Origin: Octopus sinensis
Lineage: Eukaryota
NCBI RefSeq assembly: GCF_006345805.1
Contig: NC_043020.1
Location: 4,712,001 to 4,776,000 of the forward strand
Reading direction: 5' to 3'
DNA length: 64,000 bases
Shown: piece by piece, positions 62,601 to 64,000 of the stretch
Layout of the letters: the number at the start of each line of letters is the position of its first letter
How positions within the stretch are numbered: position 1 is the stretch's first letter
Notes under the pieces: generated by a model
Told to the model about the DNA's origin: nothing
Databases searched by the model: none
Seen by the model: only the letters and a program-made list of their open reading frames with translations
Position numbers and translations under genes: made by a program

Positions 62601-62949
62601 CGCCTAACTATGGCAGAATTTGAACTGAGAACGTAAATACGGACAAAATGCCGCACAGTACTTTGTCCGTATGTACGCTGACCAATGTTATTTTATACCA
62701 ACTTCAAATATCAGGCCACAAGTTGGCAGAACCGTTAGAGCTTCGGGCAAAATGCCTTCTGGCCAAGAATATTCTGTACATCGTCCGTGTTTTATACTTG
62801 ACACGATGTTCTTAGAAACATTCCAAATTGAATTTTGAACGTTAATTAGAGACGTGCCAGCAAGCTTTCTTTTCCCTGCTAAAGTCTACTTCGGAATATA
62901 TCTCGAGGTTTTTCAGTTAAACATATTTACTAGATGCATCAGACAGACG

Positions 62950-63215
62950 TACATATATATGTGAGTATATGTGTATGCACACACCACACACAAACACGCA
63001 CATACACACACACATACATACATACGCACAATATATATATGTATGTGTGTATGTATATATATAATTACATATCTATGTACATACACACTTATATGTATTA
63101 ATATATATATATTATATAATATATATATATAATATATAATTATATTATATAATATATATATATATATAAGTATATACATGCATATAATATGACAGATAGA
63201 TTCATAAACAGACTG

Positions 63216-63265
<50 letters not shown>

Positions 63266-63386
63266 ACACATATATATATTACATATACATACATATATAT
63301 ATATATAATATATATTATATATATACATGTATATACATATATATGCATATAAATATATATAGATAGACAGACAGACCGATTGATAG

Positions 63387-63417
<31 letters not shown>

Positions 63418-63425
63418 GATAGACG

Positions 63426-63474
<49 letters not shown>

Positions 63475-63475
63475 G
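62950..63475. repeat. (TA)n/(CA)n/(GATA)n microsatellites
   Basis: Directly visible. Confidence 0.9.
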
Positions 63476-63824
63476 TGGTTATTTTTCTGAGGTTAATCAG
63501 CTAAAGGTGAATAAATATCAGCAAGACAAACCGATAATCCGTTGTGTTTCAGTGCAAATTCCTTGCATTACATTGTCCCATTCGCCATCTTAACAACACG
63601 GAGAATAGAGATTAGCTCGCTATAAAGACCTACCAACAAAGTTCAATGTAAATCAGAACACACAGATACACAGACACACACACATGTTCTCTTATTCTTT
63701 TAATTGTTTCAGTCATTAGACTGCGGCCAGGCTGTAGCATCACCTTGCAAGTGTTTAAGATTTATTTCGATGTGTAGTACTTGTTCAATCAGTTTTTTTT
63801 TCCTGAACTGTTAAGCTGCAATTA

Positions 63825-63901
<77 letters not shown>

Positions 63902-64000
63902 CAACACACACACACACACACACACATATGTATATATACGAAAGGCTTCTTTCAATTTCTGCCTGCCAAATCTACTCACAAGGCTTTGGTCGGCCCGAGG

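Overview
AT-rich, microsatellite-dense eukaryotic DNA. The SINE and repeat families look like those of an Octopus genome (inferred from recalled repeat sequences, not a search). The dominant feature is a minus-strand coding tandem array of at least 11.8 kb (9805-21628, open at a 100-N gap). It is built from a 24-bp unit encoding TTTTTEQP/TTTTTEHP, a very large mucin-like exon. The ORF track mostly misses it because that frame has almost no start codons; the long plus-strand V/C/L ORFs are its antisense shadows. The exon ends at a phase-1 GT donor and can splice to a short S/T/P-rich exon (7293-7076, ending in TAA). Beyond that stop lies a decayed, SINE-interrupted mucin-like tail and a further decayed exon, so the gene is either C-terminally truncated or pseudogenised. 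Local frame changes in the array could be assembly errors or real lesions. The rest of the window is microsatellite and transposon sequence: tRNA-derived SINEs, CR1, Dong/R4 and Tx1 LINE pieces, mariner remnants, MITEs, Helitrons and several degenerate minimal hammerhead motifs. One of these is a 4-5-unit tandem array with a conserved CTGATGA-N16-GAAAC-N5-GTC core. No complete conventional gene, rRNA, true tRNA or CRISPR array is supported.
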